This document shows, piece after piece, positions 1 to 8,330 of a DNA stretch of 19,103 bases. Numbering within the stretch: the first letter of the stretch is position 1; every line of letters starts with the position of its first letter. The position numbers and the translations under genes are program-made. The stretch lies in the NCBI GenBank assembly GCA_033764955.1, contig JANRIL010000008.1:1-19103 (forward strand), in the 5' to 3' direction. Origin of the DNA: Cyanobacteriota bacterium (GTDB taxonomy: Bacteria > Cyanobacteriota > Cyanobacteriia > Thermostichales > Thermostichaceae). The notes under the pieces were generated by a model that searched no databases, was not told where the DNA came from, and worked only from the letters and a program-made list of their open reading frames with translations.

Positions 1-406
1 GATTTTTGCTGAGGACTTGAACCTCAAAGCGACCAGTCGTGGCATGTTAGCAAAGCATTGTCTGGATGCTGCTTGGGGAAGTTTCCTGGAAATCCTCAAG
101 TGGGTTGCTTGGAAGAGAGGAGTTTACTTCGCCAAGGTTGATCCCAATGGGACAAGCCAAACCTGTCCTCAGTGTGGAGCGCATACTGGAAAGAAGGAAC
201 TCACTGAGCGGATACATCATTGCAATGAATGTGGATATACGACTGACCGAGATGTTGCTGCTGCTCAAGTGGTGATGCAACGGGGTCTTGTCTTTGTAGC
301 CGATGGACAGTCGGTGATACTGCCTGTGGAGGATGGTTGCCTGGCAACCCCTATGAAGCAGGAAAACCCAACCGCAAGGAAGGGAAGCCCGCCCTCTACC
401 CGCTAG
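1..406 (+). CDS. tnpB: IS200/IS605-family RNA-guided endonuclease TnpB, C-terminal part (5' end outside the window)
   Basis: The frame is open from position 2 (ATT TTT GCT GAG GAC TTG = IFAEDL, RuvC-II Glu motif). It continues through W-x-x-F (AAWGSFLEIL), VDPNGTSQTCPQCG, a second CxxC (CNECG) zinc ribbon and RuvC-III DRDVAAA, with stop TAG at 404-406. The listed ORF start at 17 is an internal TTG. Confidence 0.95.
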   Translation, partial: IFAEDLNLKATSRGMLAKHCLDAAWGSFLEILKWVAWKRGVYFAKVDPNGTSQTCPQCGAHTGKKELTERIHHCNECGYTTDRDVAAAQVVMQRGLVFVADGQSVILPVEDGCLATPMKQENPTARKGSPPSTR

Positions 407-429
407 GGTGAGCCTCGGGAGTATGTCAC
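1..429 (+). mobile_element. IS200/IS605-family element (element 1), right portion ending at the right-end motif TCAC (426-429)
   Basis: The tnpB 3' end is followed by a subterminal hairpin (CTC-T-ACCC-gcta-GGGT-GAG, 394-412) and ...CGGGAGTATGTCAC. The boundary is fixed by identity with the second element's end (18963-19008), which stops exactly after TCAC. Confidence 0.88.
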
Positions 430-449
430 TCAACAAGTAGGGGGGTCTT
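299..449 (+). ncRNA. Putative TnpB omegaRNA (reRNA): scaffold to 429 plus ~16-20 nt guide from the flank
   Basis: Hairpins overlap the tnpB 3' end: GCCGAT-ggaca-GTCGGT (299-315), GGTTGC-ctg-GCAACC (335-349), CC-GCAA-GG GNRA loop (372-379), and the right-end hairpin. This position is where TnpB omegaRNAs are known to lie. The 5' boundary is uncertain. Confidence 0.6.
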
Positions 450-1787
450 CATTTTGCCAGGATTGAGCAACCCATAGGGATCCACTTGTTTTTTGAAGAT
501 CAACTGCTGGGGATCCATTTCTTTTCTGCCACCATCCTCAATGATGTAGGTATGGGGATTGGCGATAAAAGCTCCCTGCTCTTCGTGATAGCGGATAATC
601 TCATGCAGACGTGCTTCGCTGCGAAAGCGGACAATTTGCAAAGCCGCCACCTGCACACATCCTTGAACGCGGACAAATTCTAGGTGCATCAGCACTTCAT
701 CGCCAAAATGATCAAACATCTGTTCCACCAACTTCAGATGGCGATCCGGAGGGAAAAGGGTTTGCAGGTAGGTGAGGGAGGGATCCACACTGCGGGCATG
801 AAGAGTTGTGTGATTCCAGGTATATTCTCCTAAGGCCAGACCCCGACTGGCTTCTAGGGCAGACTTTTGATAGACAATCGTTCCCCCATGTTCCTTGACC
901 AGCTCGCTGACCGCTTCTAGGGAGGGTTCGGCAATCATCAGGAGGGCACTATGGGATCCCTCTGGTAAATAGCTTTTGAGGGCGGCAAAATAGCTGGGGA
1001 TAGGCCAGGCATGAATGCTGATCATCTTTTTGGTGATCCCATCCGCCTCTGCCAACGCTTGCCCAAAATGGGCGGCGGGCATAAATTCGGGGAAACAGAC
1101 CACCAACTCAGCCCACGGGTAGGCGGGAGCCAAAGGCATTTCTACCTCTGTGATGATGCCATTTAACCCCCAAGCATGGCTAACTTTGTGAACGGCTTCC
1201 CCCCGCAATTCGATAACACGCGGTTCGGGTTCGACGGTCACCACCCGCAAGGCCAAGATATTTCCCCGATCCCGCAGTTGCCCATAGGTTACCGAGCCGA
1301 TGCCCCCACTGCCTCCGGCGATAAATCCACCAATGCTGGCGGTGCGGTAAGTGGAAGGAGCCATGCGAATTTCCCAGCCCGATTCGCGGGTTTGTTTATC
1401 AATGGCGGCCAGTTTTGCCCCTGCTTCTACCCGCACGACACCTGGTTTGACCCACAGGACGCGGTTGAGGCGGCTCATATCCAAAACTACGCCTCCCCGC
1501 AAAGGAACGCACTGGCCATAGTTGCCTGTGCCCGCCCCCCTCACTGTCAACGGGATCCCGGATTGGGCACAGATGGCTGCCGCCTGTTTTACCTCTGTTT
1601 CATCCGCCGGACGCACCACCAAATCGGCTAGTTTGCCGTGCAGTTGCCGTTGCAGAACCGGACTAAAGGTGTAGTAGTCCTGGGACAGCTTGGCGATTTG
1701 GGGCGGATCTGTAATTGTCTCCATGCCCCCGAACAAAGGAAGCAGCTGATCAAGAGTAAGGGGTTGGCGGTTGGGGGCAACAGTCAT
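426..1787 (-). CDS. FAD-binding oxidoreductase (FAD_binding_4 / GlcD-like FAD-linked oxidase)
   Basis: 453-aa ORF with the PCMH-type FAD-binding motifs VRGAGTGNYGQ...GGVVLDMSRLN and ASIGGFIAGGSGG, and the C-terminal KKQVDPYGLLNPGK typical of this family. Confidence 0.9.
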   Translation of the reverse strand: MTVAPNRQPLTLDQLLPLFGGMETITDPPQIAKLSQDYYTFSPVLQRQLHGKLADLVVRPADETEVKQAAAICAQSGIPLTVRGAGTGNYGQCVPLRGGVVLDMSRLNRVLWVKPGVVRVEAGAKLAAIDKQTRESGWEIRMAPSTYRTASIGGFIAGGSGGIGSVTYGQLRDRGNILALRVVTVEPEPRVIELRGEAVHKVSHAWGLNGIITEVEMPLAPAYPWAELVVCFPEFMPAAHFGQALAEADGITKKMISIHAWPIPSYFAALKSYLPEGSHSALLMIAEPSLEAVSELVKEHGGTIVYQKSALEASRGLALGEYTWNHTTLHARSVDPSLTYLQTLFPPDRHLKLVEQMFDHFGDEVLMHLEFVRVQGCVQVAALQIVRFRSEARLHEIIRYHEEQGAFIANPHTYIIEDGGRKEMDPQQLIFKKQVDPYGLLNPGKMKTPLLVE

Positions 1788-1889
1788 AACAGGGATCCCT
1801 GGCGGAGGATAAATTTCTTAAAATTCCTCCCATTCTAATCAAGACGGGTTCACCGTACACCTAGGTTTTTTAGGAACGGCGAAAGCAGC

Positions 1890-2906
1890 TCACGGATTAT
1901 CGGTGAGTTCCATTCCTTCAATCTCAGGGTTAAAGCCCGTCGGGAAGCGGGTATTGGTACTGTAGAGCGCTCCCTCCAGTTGGGATCCATTCAGGCTAAC
2001 TCCCGTCAAATTTGCCCCACTCAAATCCGCCCGAGTCAGATCGGCTCCACTCAGATCCGTACCCCGCAGGTTGGCTCCGCACAAAAGCGCCCCACAGAGG
2101 TTGGATCCCAGCAAATCCACTTCCCGCAGATCCGCAAAGCTTAAGTCCGCATCCTGCAAATTGGCGCTCCACAAGTTGGCTCCACTTAGGTAAGCCCCCC
2201 GCAGGTTAGCCTCCATCAAAAAGACTCCCCGCAATTTCGCACCCCACAATTTGGCATCCCGCAGGTTAGCCCCCTCCAGATGAGCCTGCTCCAACAGGGA
2301 TCCACTTAAACGCGCTCCCCCCAAATTCGCCTCCGAAAGCAAAGCCCGACTCAACTTGGCCTCCCATAAGTTAGCCTCCCAGAGGTTGGCACGAGTGAGT
2401 TTGGCATCTTGCAGATCGGCTCCCCGCATTTTGGCCTGACTAAGGTTAGTGGTGGTGAGGTTGGCTCCTTCTAAAATCGCCCCACTCAGGTTGACTTCGG
2501 CAAGGTTGGCCTCCTCAAGATTGGCTCCGGCGAGGTTGGCTCCGCTTAAATCAGCGCTACGGAGACTGGCCTCGCGCAGATCGGTTCCCCGCAGGTCGGC
2601 TTTGCTCAAATTACTGGCAAAGAGATTGCAACGGCGCAGGTTGGCTCCACTCAACTTGGCTCCGCTCAGGTAGGCTGCCAACAAATCTGCTTCCCGCAGA
2701 TCCGCCTCACTAAAATCAGTTCCCCGCAGGTTGGCTCCCCCCAGTTTGGAGCGGACTAAACTCACCCCCGGCAGCTTGATCCCCATCAAGTCCACACCGC
2801 TCAGATCCAATCCACTGAAATTTTTATCGTTCGCTGCAAAACGTTGAGCCAGTTGAGTGGCAATGCTGCTCATGGCAGGTGGATTGGCTGAATCAGAATA
2901 GGACAT
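1890..2906 (-). CDS. Pentapeptide-repeat protein
   Basis: 338 aa consisting almost entirely of A(D/N)Lxx repeats (ANLRG, ADLRE, ANLSG...), ending GALYSTNTRFPTGFNP, a common C-terminal cap in these proteins. Confidence 0.95.
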   Translation of the reverse strand: MSYSDSANPPAMSSIATQLAQRFAANDKNFSGLDLSGVDLMGIKLPGVSLVRSKLGGANLRGTDFSEADLREADLLAAYLSGAKLSGANLRRCNLFASNLSKADLRGTDLREASLRSADLSGANLAGANLEEANLAEVNLSGAILEGANLTTTNLSQAKMRGADLQDAKLTRANLWEANLWEAKLSRALLSEANLGGARLSGSLLEQAHLEGANLRDAKLWGAKLRGVFLMEANLRGAYLSGANLWSANLQDADLSFADLREVDLLGSNLCGALLCGANLRGTDLSGADLTRADLSGANLTGVSLNGSQLEGALYSTNTRFPTGFNPEIEGMELTDNP

Positions 2907-3208
2907 AGAAGCGCCTAAGACGAAGCAGGCCGGGCAGGAAACACTAGCTCTATTATGAGGCGTAACCTTCGCGTCTTGAACAAAAAGTTTGAAAATGTAG
3001 GGATCCCGCTTAATTTAAGCCTGTCTCAAGAAATAAGGGGCAATCATGTTGCGATCTGCCACGATCCTACTGCTTGCCCCTTGTTGGAATCCATAATGCT
3101 AACCACGATGCCTCGCCTGGGCAAAGACTGTCAAAAGACAGTCCGTCAAACGGGATCCCCACCCAATGGGGATTCCTAGAAGCGACCAGATACAATCGTT
3201 CCTGTTTC

Positions 3209-3229
3209 TGCTAGACTTACTAAAGTCTA
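3209..3229 (+). promoter_or_regulatory. Putative extended -10 promoter (TG-C-TAGACT) for tRNA-Cys, overlapped by a perfect inverted repeat
   Basis: TGCTAGACT at 3209-3217 lies ~28 nt upstream of the tRNA. The palindrome TAGACTT-acta-AAGTCTA spans 3212-3229. Confidence 0.35.
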
Positions 3230-3244
3230 TTCGGCGTCAGTTAC

Positions 3245-3316
3245 GGTGGCGTAGCCAAGCGGTAAGGCAGAAGCCTGCAAAGCTTCCATTCGCCAGTTCA
3301 AATCTGGCCGCCACCT
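3245..3316 (+). tRNA. trnC: tRNA-Cys (anticodon GCA)
   Basis: Acceptor GGTGGCG/CGCCACC with discriminator T; D arm GCC-AAGCGGTAA-GGC; anticodon arm GAAGC-CT GCA AA-GCTTC (GCA at 3277-3279); T arm GCCAG-TTCAAAT-CTGGC. CCA is not encoded. Confidence 0.97.
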
Positions 3317-3346
3317 TTATCATTTGAAGATTTTGTTTAGGTCACT

Positions 3347-4504
3347 ATGGACGACAAGCTGTTGTTGATGATTCCGGGGCCTACTCCGGTGCCAGAACGG
3401 GCCTTGCTCTCAATGGCAAAAGGGCCAATGGAGCATCGCAGCAAAGCCTTTACGGCAATTTTGGAAGAGGTCTCGGCAGGATTGCGCTGGCTTCACCAAA
3501 CCCAAAACAACGTGTTTATTTTTTCCGCCAGTGGCACGGGGGCGATGGAGGCGGGTTTGGTCAACACCCTCAGCCCAGGGGATCGGGTTTTGGTGGGGGT
3601 GAATGGCAAATTTGGAGAACGTTGGGCGGATATGGCGGATGCCTTTGGTCTGCGCTGTGAGCGGATCGAATCGACTTGGGGGGTGCCCTACTCGATCGAG
3701 GCGTTTCGGGAAAAATTAGAGGCGGATCACGAAAAATCGATCAAGGCGGTGATTCTCACCCACAGTGAAACCTCCAGTGGTGTGGCGAATGATGTGCAGG
3801 CCATTGCCGCACTAGCCAAGACCCACGGGGAAGCCCTCGTGATCGTCGATGGCGTCACCAGTGTGGGAGCTATGCCTGTGCCTATGGATGAGTGGGGTCT
3901 CGACATTGTTGCTTCCGGATCCCAAAAAGGCTACATGATCCCCCCTGGTCTGGGGTTTGTGGCGGTCAGCCCGCGGGCGATGGCGGCGGTGGAGCATTCC
4001 CGCCTGCCCAAGTATTACTGGAGTTTTGCCATGGCTAACAAAGATTTGGCCAAAGGCACCACCCCCTTTACCCCATCGGTCAATTTGATCTATGCCCTGC
4101 AAACCACCTTGCAGATGATGCAGGCGGAAGGTCTGGAAGCAATTTTCCGGCGGCACCAGCGGTTGGCGGCAGCTACCCGCGCTGGCGTGAAGGCACTGGG
4201 CTTAAGGTTGTTGGTGGATCCCGAGACGGCGGCGAGTCCAGCGGTGACAGCCGTCTTAGCGCCAGCCGGCATCGATGCCGATGTTTTGCGGGGGGTGATC
4301 AAAAAGCAATTTGATATTGCGACCGCCGCTGGACAAGACCACCTTAAAGGCAAAATTTTCCGGATCGGTCACTTGGGCTTTATTCACGACCGTGACATCT
4401 TGATGACGATGGCAACCCTAGAGTCAGCTTTACACACCGTTGGCTATACCGATTTTGTGGCTGGAGCAGGGGTGAAGGCCACCAGCGATGCCTTGGCCAG
4501 GTAA
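3347..4504 (+). CDS. Class V PLP-dependent aminotransferase (alanine/serine-glyoxylate or phosphoserine aminotransferase family; 'soluble hydrogenase 42 kDa subunit'-like)
   Basis: Motifs LMIPGPTPVP, SGTGAMEA, THSETSSGV, VDGVTS, the PLP lysine motif SGSQKGYMIPPGLGF, and FRIGHLG. Confidence 0.92.
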   Translation: MDDKLLLMIPGPTPVPERALLSMAKGPMEHRSKAFTAILEEVSAGLRWLHQTQNNVFIFSASGTGAMEAGLVNTLSPGDRVLVGVNGKFGERWADMADAFGLRCERIESTWGVPYSIEAFREKLEADHEKSIKAVILTHSETSSGVANDVQAIAALAKTHGEALVIVDGVTSVGAMPVPMDEWGLDIVASGSQKGYMIPPGLGFVAVSPRAMAAVEHSRLPKYYWSFAMANKDLAKGTTPFTPSVNLIYALQTTLQMMQAEGLEAIFRRHQRLAAATRAGVKALGLRLLVDPETAASPAVTAVLAPAGIDADVLRGVIKKQFDIATAAGQDHLKGKIFRIGHLGFIHDRDILMTMATLESALHTVGYTDFVAGAGVKATSDALAR

Positions 4505-4535
4505 CTCATCAACCCACGCCAATGACCCAACACAA

Positions 4536-4556
4536 GCAAAATCTCAGGGGTTTTGC
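4536..4556 (+). terminator. Possible stem-loop downstream of the aminotransferase gene
   Basis: GCAAAATCT-cag-GGGTTTTGC inverted repeat with G-U pairs, ~30 nt after the stop. No clear poly-U tail follows it. Confidence 0.3.
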
Positions 4557-4714
4557 GATGGCACTTTAGGAATAGGCTCTCTATCATGGAGAGGTATCCT
4601 TAACAAAACTTCGTTAGGGTTTGCTAAGGGTGTCGTTGAGAGCATGGCCTCCCCAACAGGGATCCCTTTGGGTATAGCAGGCTGTTTGCCGCTTATTCTT
4701 TACCCCTGCCATTC

Positions 4715-5380
4715 ATGGTTGTTCAACTGGATTGCCAGCCCTTTTCTACCACCACGCCCGCTGATTTGCGGGTTGTGCTACGAAACATCAACAGACAAAG
4801 TTGCCCTCTCCACTACAACTTTCACCTCCATACCCATCACTCCGACGGGCAAATGAGTCCAACTCAAATATTGGAACAGGCTCGCCAAGTGGGTTTGCAA
4901 GGATTGGCAATTACTGACCACCACACCCTGAATGGCTATCGAGCCGCCCACGAGAAGCTGGAGAATGGGGATCCCTATCTCTGGACGGGGGTGGAAATTA
5001 CCGCTCTGTTGCTGGGCTGTGAAGTCCACATTTTGGGATATGACTTTGCTGCCGACGCCAAGGTTCTCCAGCCTTATCTGCAAGGGATATCCTTGCCCGA
5101 TCTACCCGCCCAGCAGGTGATTGCCGATCTACAAGCCGCCGGAGGGCTTGCCGTTTTAGCTCATCCCTTTCGCTATACGATGACGGGAAGTGATTTAGTA
5201 GAAGCGGCGGTGGCGGCAGGTATTGATGGACTAGAAGTTTATTATGGGTACAAAAATTCGGATCCCTGGATCCCTACTCTGGCTCAAACTCAGTTAGCGG
5301 AAGCCATGGCAACCCATCATGACCTTTACAAAACTTGTGGAACGGACTCCCACGGATTATCGATTGTGCGCCGTATTTAA
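4715..5380 (+). CDS. PHP-domain metal-dependent phosphoesterase (short TrpH/YciV-like)
   Basis: PHP motifs HLHTHHSDG, AITDHH, GVEI, HILG, LAHP, DGLEVYY and GTDSHG. Confidence 0.9.
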   Translation: MVVQLDCQPFSTTTPADLRVVLRNINRQSCPLHYNFHLHTHHSDGQMSPTQILEQARQVGLQGLAITDHHTLNGYRAAHEKLENGDPYLWTGVEITALLLGCEVHILGYDFAADAKVLQPYLQGISLPDLPAQQVIADLQAAGGLAVLAHPFRYTMTGSDLVEAAVAAGIDGLEVYYGYKNSDPWIPTLAQTQLAEAMATHHDLYKTCGTDSHGLSIVRRI

Positions 5381-5629
5381 CGGTCGGGATCCCGATGTAT
5401 CTTGAGGGAGAGATTACCCAAAAGACTTGAAGCTAGGTCGAGGAATGTTCTAACCTGAAGAGGCTATGAGAACAGTGACTAGTGTAACCAACTCAATGTT
5501 ATCTCGTTTATCGTCAGCCAGCTTTCTGATCAGGGAAGATGCTTGAGGTGCCAACTAATGGTGCCCATTCACTACGTAGCCTGCCACAGTCAGACCAACC
5601 CTTACCAAGAATAACTGAGCGTATTCGAT

Positions 5630-6685
5630 ATGGGAGAGCAGCAAACCGTCAAGGCGGAGGACATCAAACGTTCTACCCATTCTCCCTTTCCTCGTCCTAA
5701 GGATTGGAAACTGCTGGAATCTGACCATGTGTTGGTGGTGGACGATGAGCGCAGTAATCGTTTGTATATTGCCGAATTGCTGCGAGCCGCAGGCTATCGG
5801 GTGACTGAGGCAGCGGGGGGAGCGGAAGCTCTGCAAGCGGTCATGGAACTGCAACCGGATCTGATTCTTTTGGATGTGATGATGCCGGATGTGGATGGGT
5901 TTACGGTTTGTGAACACCTGAAAAGTAACGAGCTGACCCGCCTGATTCCAGTGGTATTGGTGACTGGCCTTACAGATAGCCCCAGCTTGGTGAGGGGGCT
6001 TGAGGCCGGAGCGGATGATTTGCTCAATAAAAGATTCGAGCCGATGGAATTGTTGGCGCGAGTCCGCTCTTCGGTGCATCAAAAGCGCCTCAACGAGGAT
6101 TTAGACCATACTGCCAATGTTTTGTTTGCTATCGCCCGCACCGTCGAGAGCCGCGATCCCACCACGGGGGATCATTGTGAGCGGTTGGTCAAGATGGGGG
6201 AAGATTTTGGCCGCTACCTCAGCCTGTCGCGGCATCAAATTAAAGCCTTGCGCTGGGGGGGATATTTACACGATATTGGCAAGATCGGGATCCCGGATGC
6301 TGTTTTGGGGAAGACGGGCAAGCATACTCCCGAAGAGTGGGAAATCATGAAGTCCCATGTGATCATTGGTGAAAACATTTGCCAGAGCTTGCGAACCATG
6401 CAGGATGTTTTACCGATCATCCGCCACCATCACGAGCGCTGGGATGGCAGTGGTTACCCCGATCGCCTACAGGAGGATGAGATCCCTCTGTTGGCTCGAA
6501 TTTTCCAGGTGATTGATATCTATGATGCCCTTACCTCCCAGCGTCCCTACAAAAAGGCATTTACGGTGGAAGAAGCGGTGGCAATTCTGCGTGAAGAAAC
6601 CCGCAAAGGCTGGCGGGATCCCAATTTGGTGCGGGAGTTTTGTGACTATATTTTCGTTACGAACCTCAAGCTATCCGATGACTAA
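5630..6685 (+). CDS. Response regulator with REC + HD-GYP domains (RpfG-like c-di-GMP phosphodiesterase)
   Basis: Receiver motifs VLVVDD and LILLDVMMPD...DG. HD-GYP motifs TGDHCER, LHDIGKIGIPD, HHERWDGSGYPD and DIYDALTSQRPYK. Confidence 0.93.
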   Translation: MGEQQTVKAEDIKRSTHSPFPRPKDWKLLESDHVLVVDDERSNRLYIAELLRAAGYRVTEAAGGAEALQAVMELQPDLILLDVMMPDVDGFTVCEHLKSNELTRLIPVVLVTGLTDSPSLVRGLEAGADDLLNKRFEPMELLARVRSSVHQKRLNEDLDHTANVLFAIARTVESRDPTTGDHCERLVKMGEDFGRYLSLSRHQIKALRWGGYLHDIGKIGIPDAVLGKTGKHTPEEWEIMKSHVIIGENICQSLRTMQDVLPIIRHHHERWDGSGYPDRLQEDEIPLLARIFQVIDIYDALTSQRPYKKAFTVEEAVAILREETRKGWRDPNLVREFCDYIFVTNLKLSDD

Positions 6686-6718
6686 AGCGATGGGCGGTAC
6701 CCCCTACTCTAAAAGCGG

Positions 6719-8104
6719 TCAGGCTCTCTCCATGGTGAGGGGAGCAGCCAAGACTCCGGCAGATTGGAGATCTCGAAGGGCGCGATCCCGATAAAGTCCA
6801 TAGCGTTGGGGTTTGCTGCGAATTTTTTGTCCGACAAGGGGAGGCATCAGGCCAAAGTTGGCGGGCATCGGCTGAAAGTGCTGGGCATCCGCGCTACTGA
6901 TGAAGTGAAAGAGGGATCCCATCATGGTGGTGGTGGGCAGTTGCAGCAGGGGGATCCCTTGGGCAAAGCGGGCGGCATTGGTTCCCGCTAGCCAGCCTCC
7001 GGCGACAGCACAGGCATAACCTTCCGTGCCAATCAGTTGTCCGGCAGCAAACAAACTGGGTCGCTGGCGAAATTGCAGGGTGGCATCTAGCAGTTGCGGG
7101 GCTTTGAGAAACGTATTGCGATGCATCACCCCCATCCGCACAAACTCCGCCTGTTCCAGCCCAGGAATTAACCGAAACACCCGTTGTTGCTCCCCCCATT
7201 TCAGATTGGTCTGAAAGCCCACCAAATTCCAAAGCTGACCGGCTTTGTCCTCCTGCCGCAGTTGCACCACCGCGTGGGGACGGGATCCCGTGCGCGGATC
7301 GGTAAGACCAACCGGCTTGAGGGGGCCAAAGCAGAGGGTGTCTTTGCCCCGCCGTGCCATCTCTTCAATCGGCAAACAACCCTCAAAAAATTTTCGCTCC
7401 TCCTGTTCAAAATCCTTGAGGGGAGCTTGCTCAGCACGGATCAGGGCTTGCCAAAAGATCTCATATTCTGCCTCTGTCATCGGACAGTTGAGGTAGGCGG
7501 CTTCCCCTCGATCATAGCGGGAGGCACGAAAGACTTGGCTTTCATCCAGAGAATCTCCCGCCACAATTGGGCTAGCCGCGTCAAAAAAGCTGAGATAGTC
7601 CATGCCTGTCCAGGTTTGCAGATCGGCAGCCAAGGCAGGACTGGTCAATGGTCCCGTACATAACACCGCTACCCCTTCCGGGATCCGTTCCACCTCCTGC
7701 CGCCGCAGATTAATCAAGGGGTGAGCCTCTAGCAACTGGGTGAGGGCAAGGCTAAACTGACTCCGATCCACCGCCAGTGCTCCCCCCGCCGGCACCGCCT
7801 GTTGATCCGCCATCTGAATGACCACGGATCCCAGCCGGCGTAGCTCCTCCTTGAGCAAACCCGCCGCCCGATCACTCGCCTGTGCCCCAAAAGAATTGCT
7901 ACAGACTAATTCCGCCAGATACTGGGTGTGGTGCGCCGGACTTTGGCGTTGTGGACGCATTTCCCAAAGGATAACGGGCAACCCTGCCTGAGCGATTTGC
8001 CATGCTGCCTCGGTTCCCGCCAGTCCTCCCCCTACCACCTGCAACGGCAGTTGTCCTCCAGAGGAGAGGGATAGGCAAGATGGCGTAGCTACGGAAAAAT
8101 CCAT
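6719..8104 (-). CDS. trmFO: FADH2-oxidizing methylenetetrahydrofolate-tRNA-(uracil-5-)-methyltransferase TrmFO (Gid)
   Basis: Motifs [81 protein letters not shown] and FQPMPANFG. The start is placed at ATG 8104 rather than TTG 8146 and is uncertain. Confidence 0.96.
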   Translation of the reverse strand: MDFSVATPSCLSLSSGGQLPLQVVGGGLAGTEAAWQIAQAGLPVILWEMRPQRQSPAHHTQYLAELVCSNSFGAQASDRAAGLLKEELRRLGSVVIQMADQQAVPAGGALAVDRSQFSLALTQLLEAHPLINLRRQEVERIPEGVAVLCTGPLTSPALAADLQTWTGMDYLSFFDAASPIVAGDSLDESQVFRASRYDRGEAAYLNCPMTEAEYEIFWQALIRAEQAPLKDFEQEERKFFEGCLPIEEMARRGKDTLCFGPLKPVGLTDPRTGSRPHAVVQLRQEDKAGQLWNLVGFQTNLKWGEQQRVFRLIPGLEQAEFVRMGVMHRNTFLKAPQLLDATLQFRQRPSLFAAGQLIGTEGYACAVAGGWLAGTNAARFAQGIPLLQLPTTTMMGSLFHFISSADAQHFQPMPANFGLMPPLVGQKIRSKPQRYGLYRDRALRDLQSAGVLAAPLTMERA

Positions 8105-8330
8105 AAAATGACTCGGTGATGATCCCCAAAAACAGGCAAAATTCAACTAGCCATGGGGATCCCAGCATGGCATACCTGACCCGAGTCTGGCTAATCTTTG
8201 CAGGATCCCCCTTGAGAGGGAGGTTACAGTTAAAGGGGGAATTGCAATCGTTCATCTGTTAACCCTTTTGGGGCGAGGGAATCCGTTCTCCTCAGGGTGG
8301 GGCATCCCCCCGATGTTTCTTGAGTGTTCT

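Noticed and set aside
1890..2906. Recurring ~15-bp-period DNA motif (e.g. AGGTTGGCTCC) resembling a repeat array or CRISPR
   Set aside because: Fully explained by the pentapeptide-repeat coding sequence. There are no identical repeats separated by unique spacers.
2955..3179. 74-aa ORF between the pentapeptide gene and tRNA-Cys
   Set aside because: It has no recognisable motif or RBS and occupies the divergent promoter region, so it is likely spurious.
5638..5670. GCAAACCGTCAAGGCGGAGGAC near the HD-GYP start, superficially like a c-di-GMP-I riboswitch P2
   Set aside because: It lacks the GAAA tetraloop, the GACGCAAAGC junction and the P3 receptor stem, and it lies within the coding sequence.
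6020..6045. Receiver-domain K-P motif appears as K-R (LLNKRF)
   Set aside because: The acidic pair, phospho-Asp, Thr and Lys are all retained. A single substitution is not enough to call it atypical.
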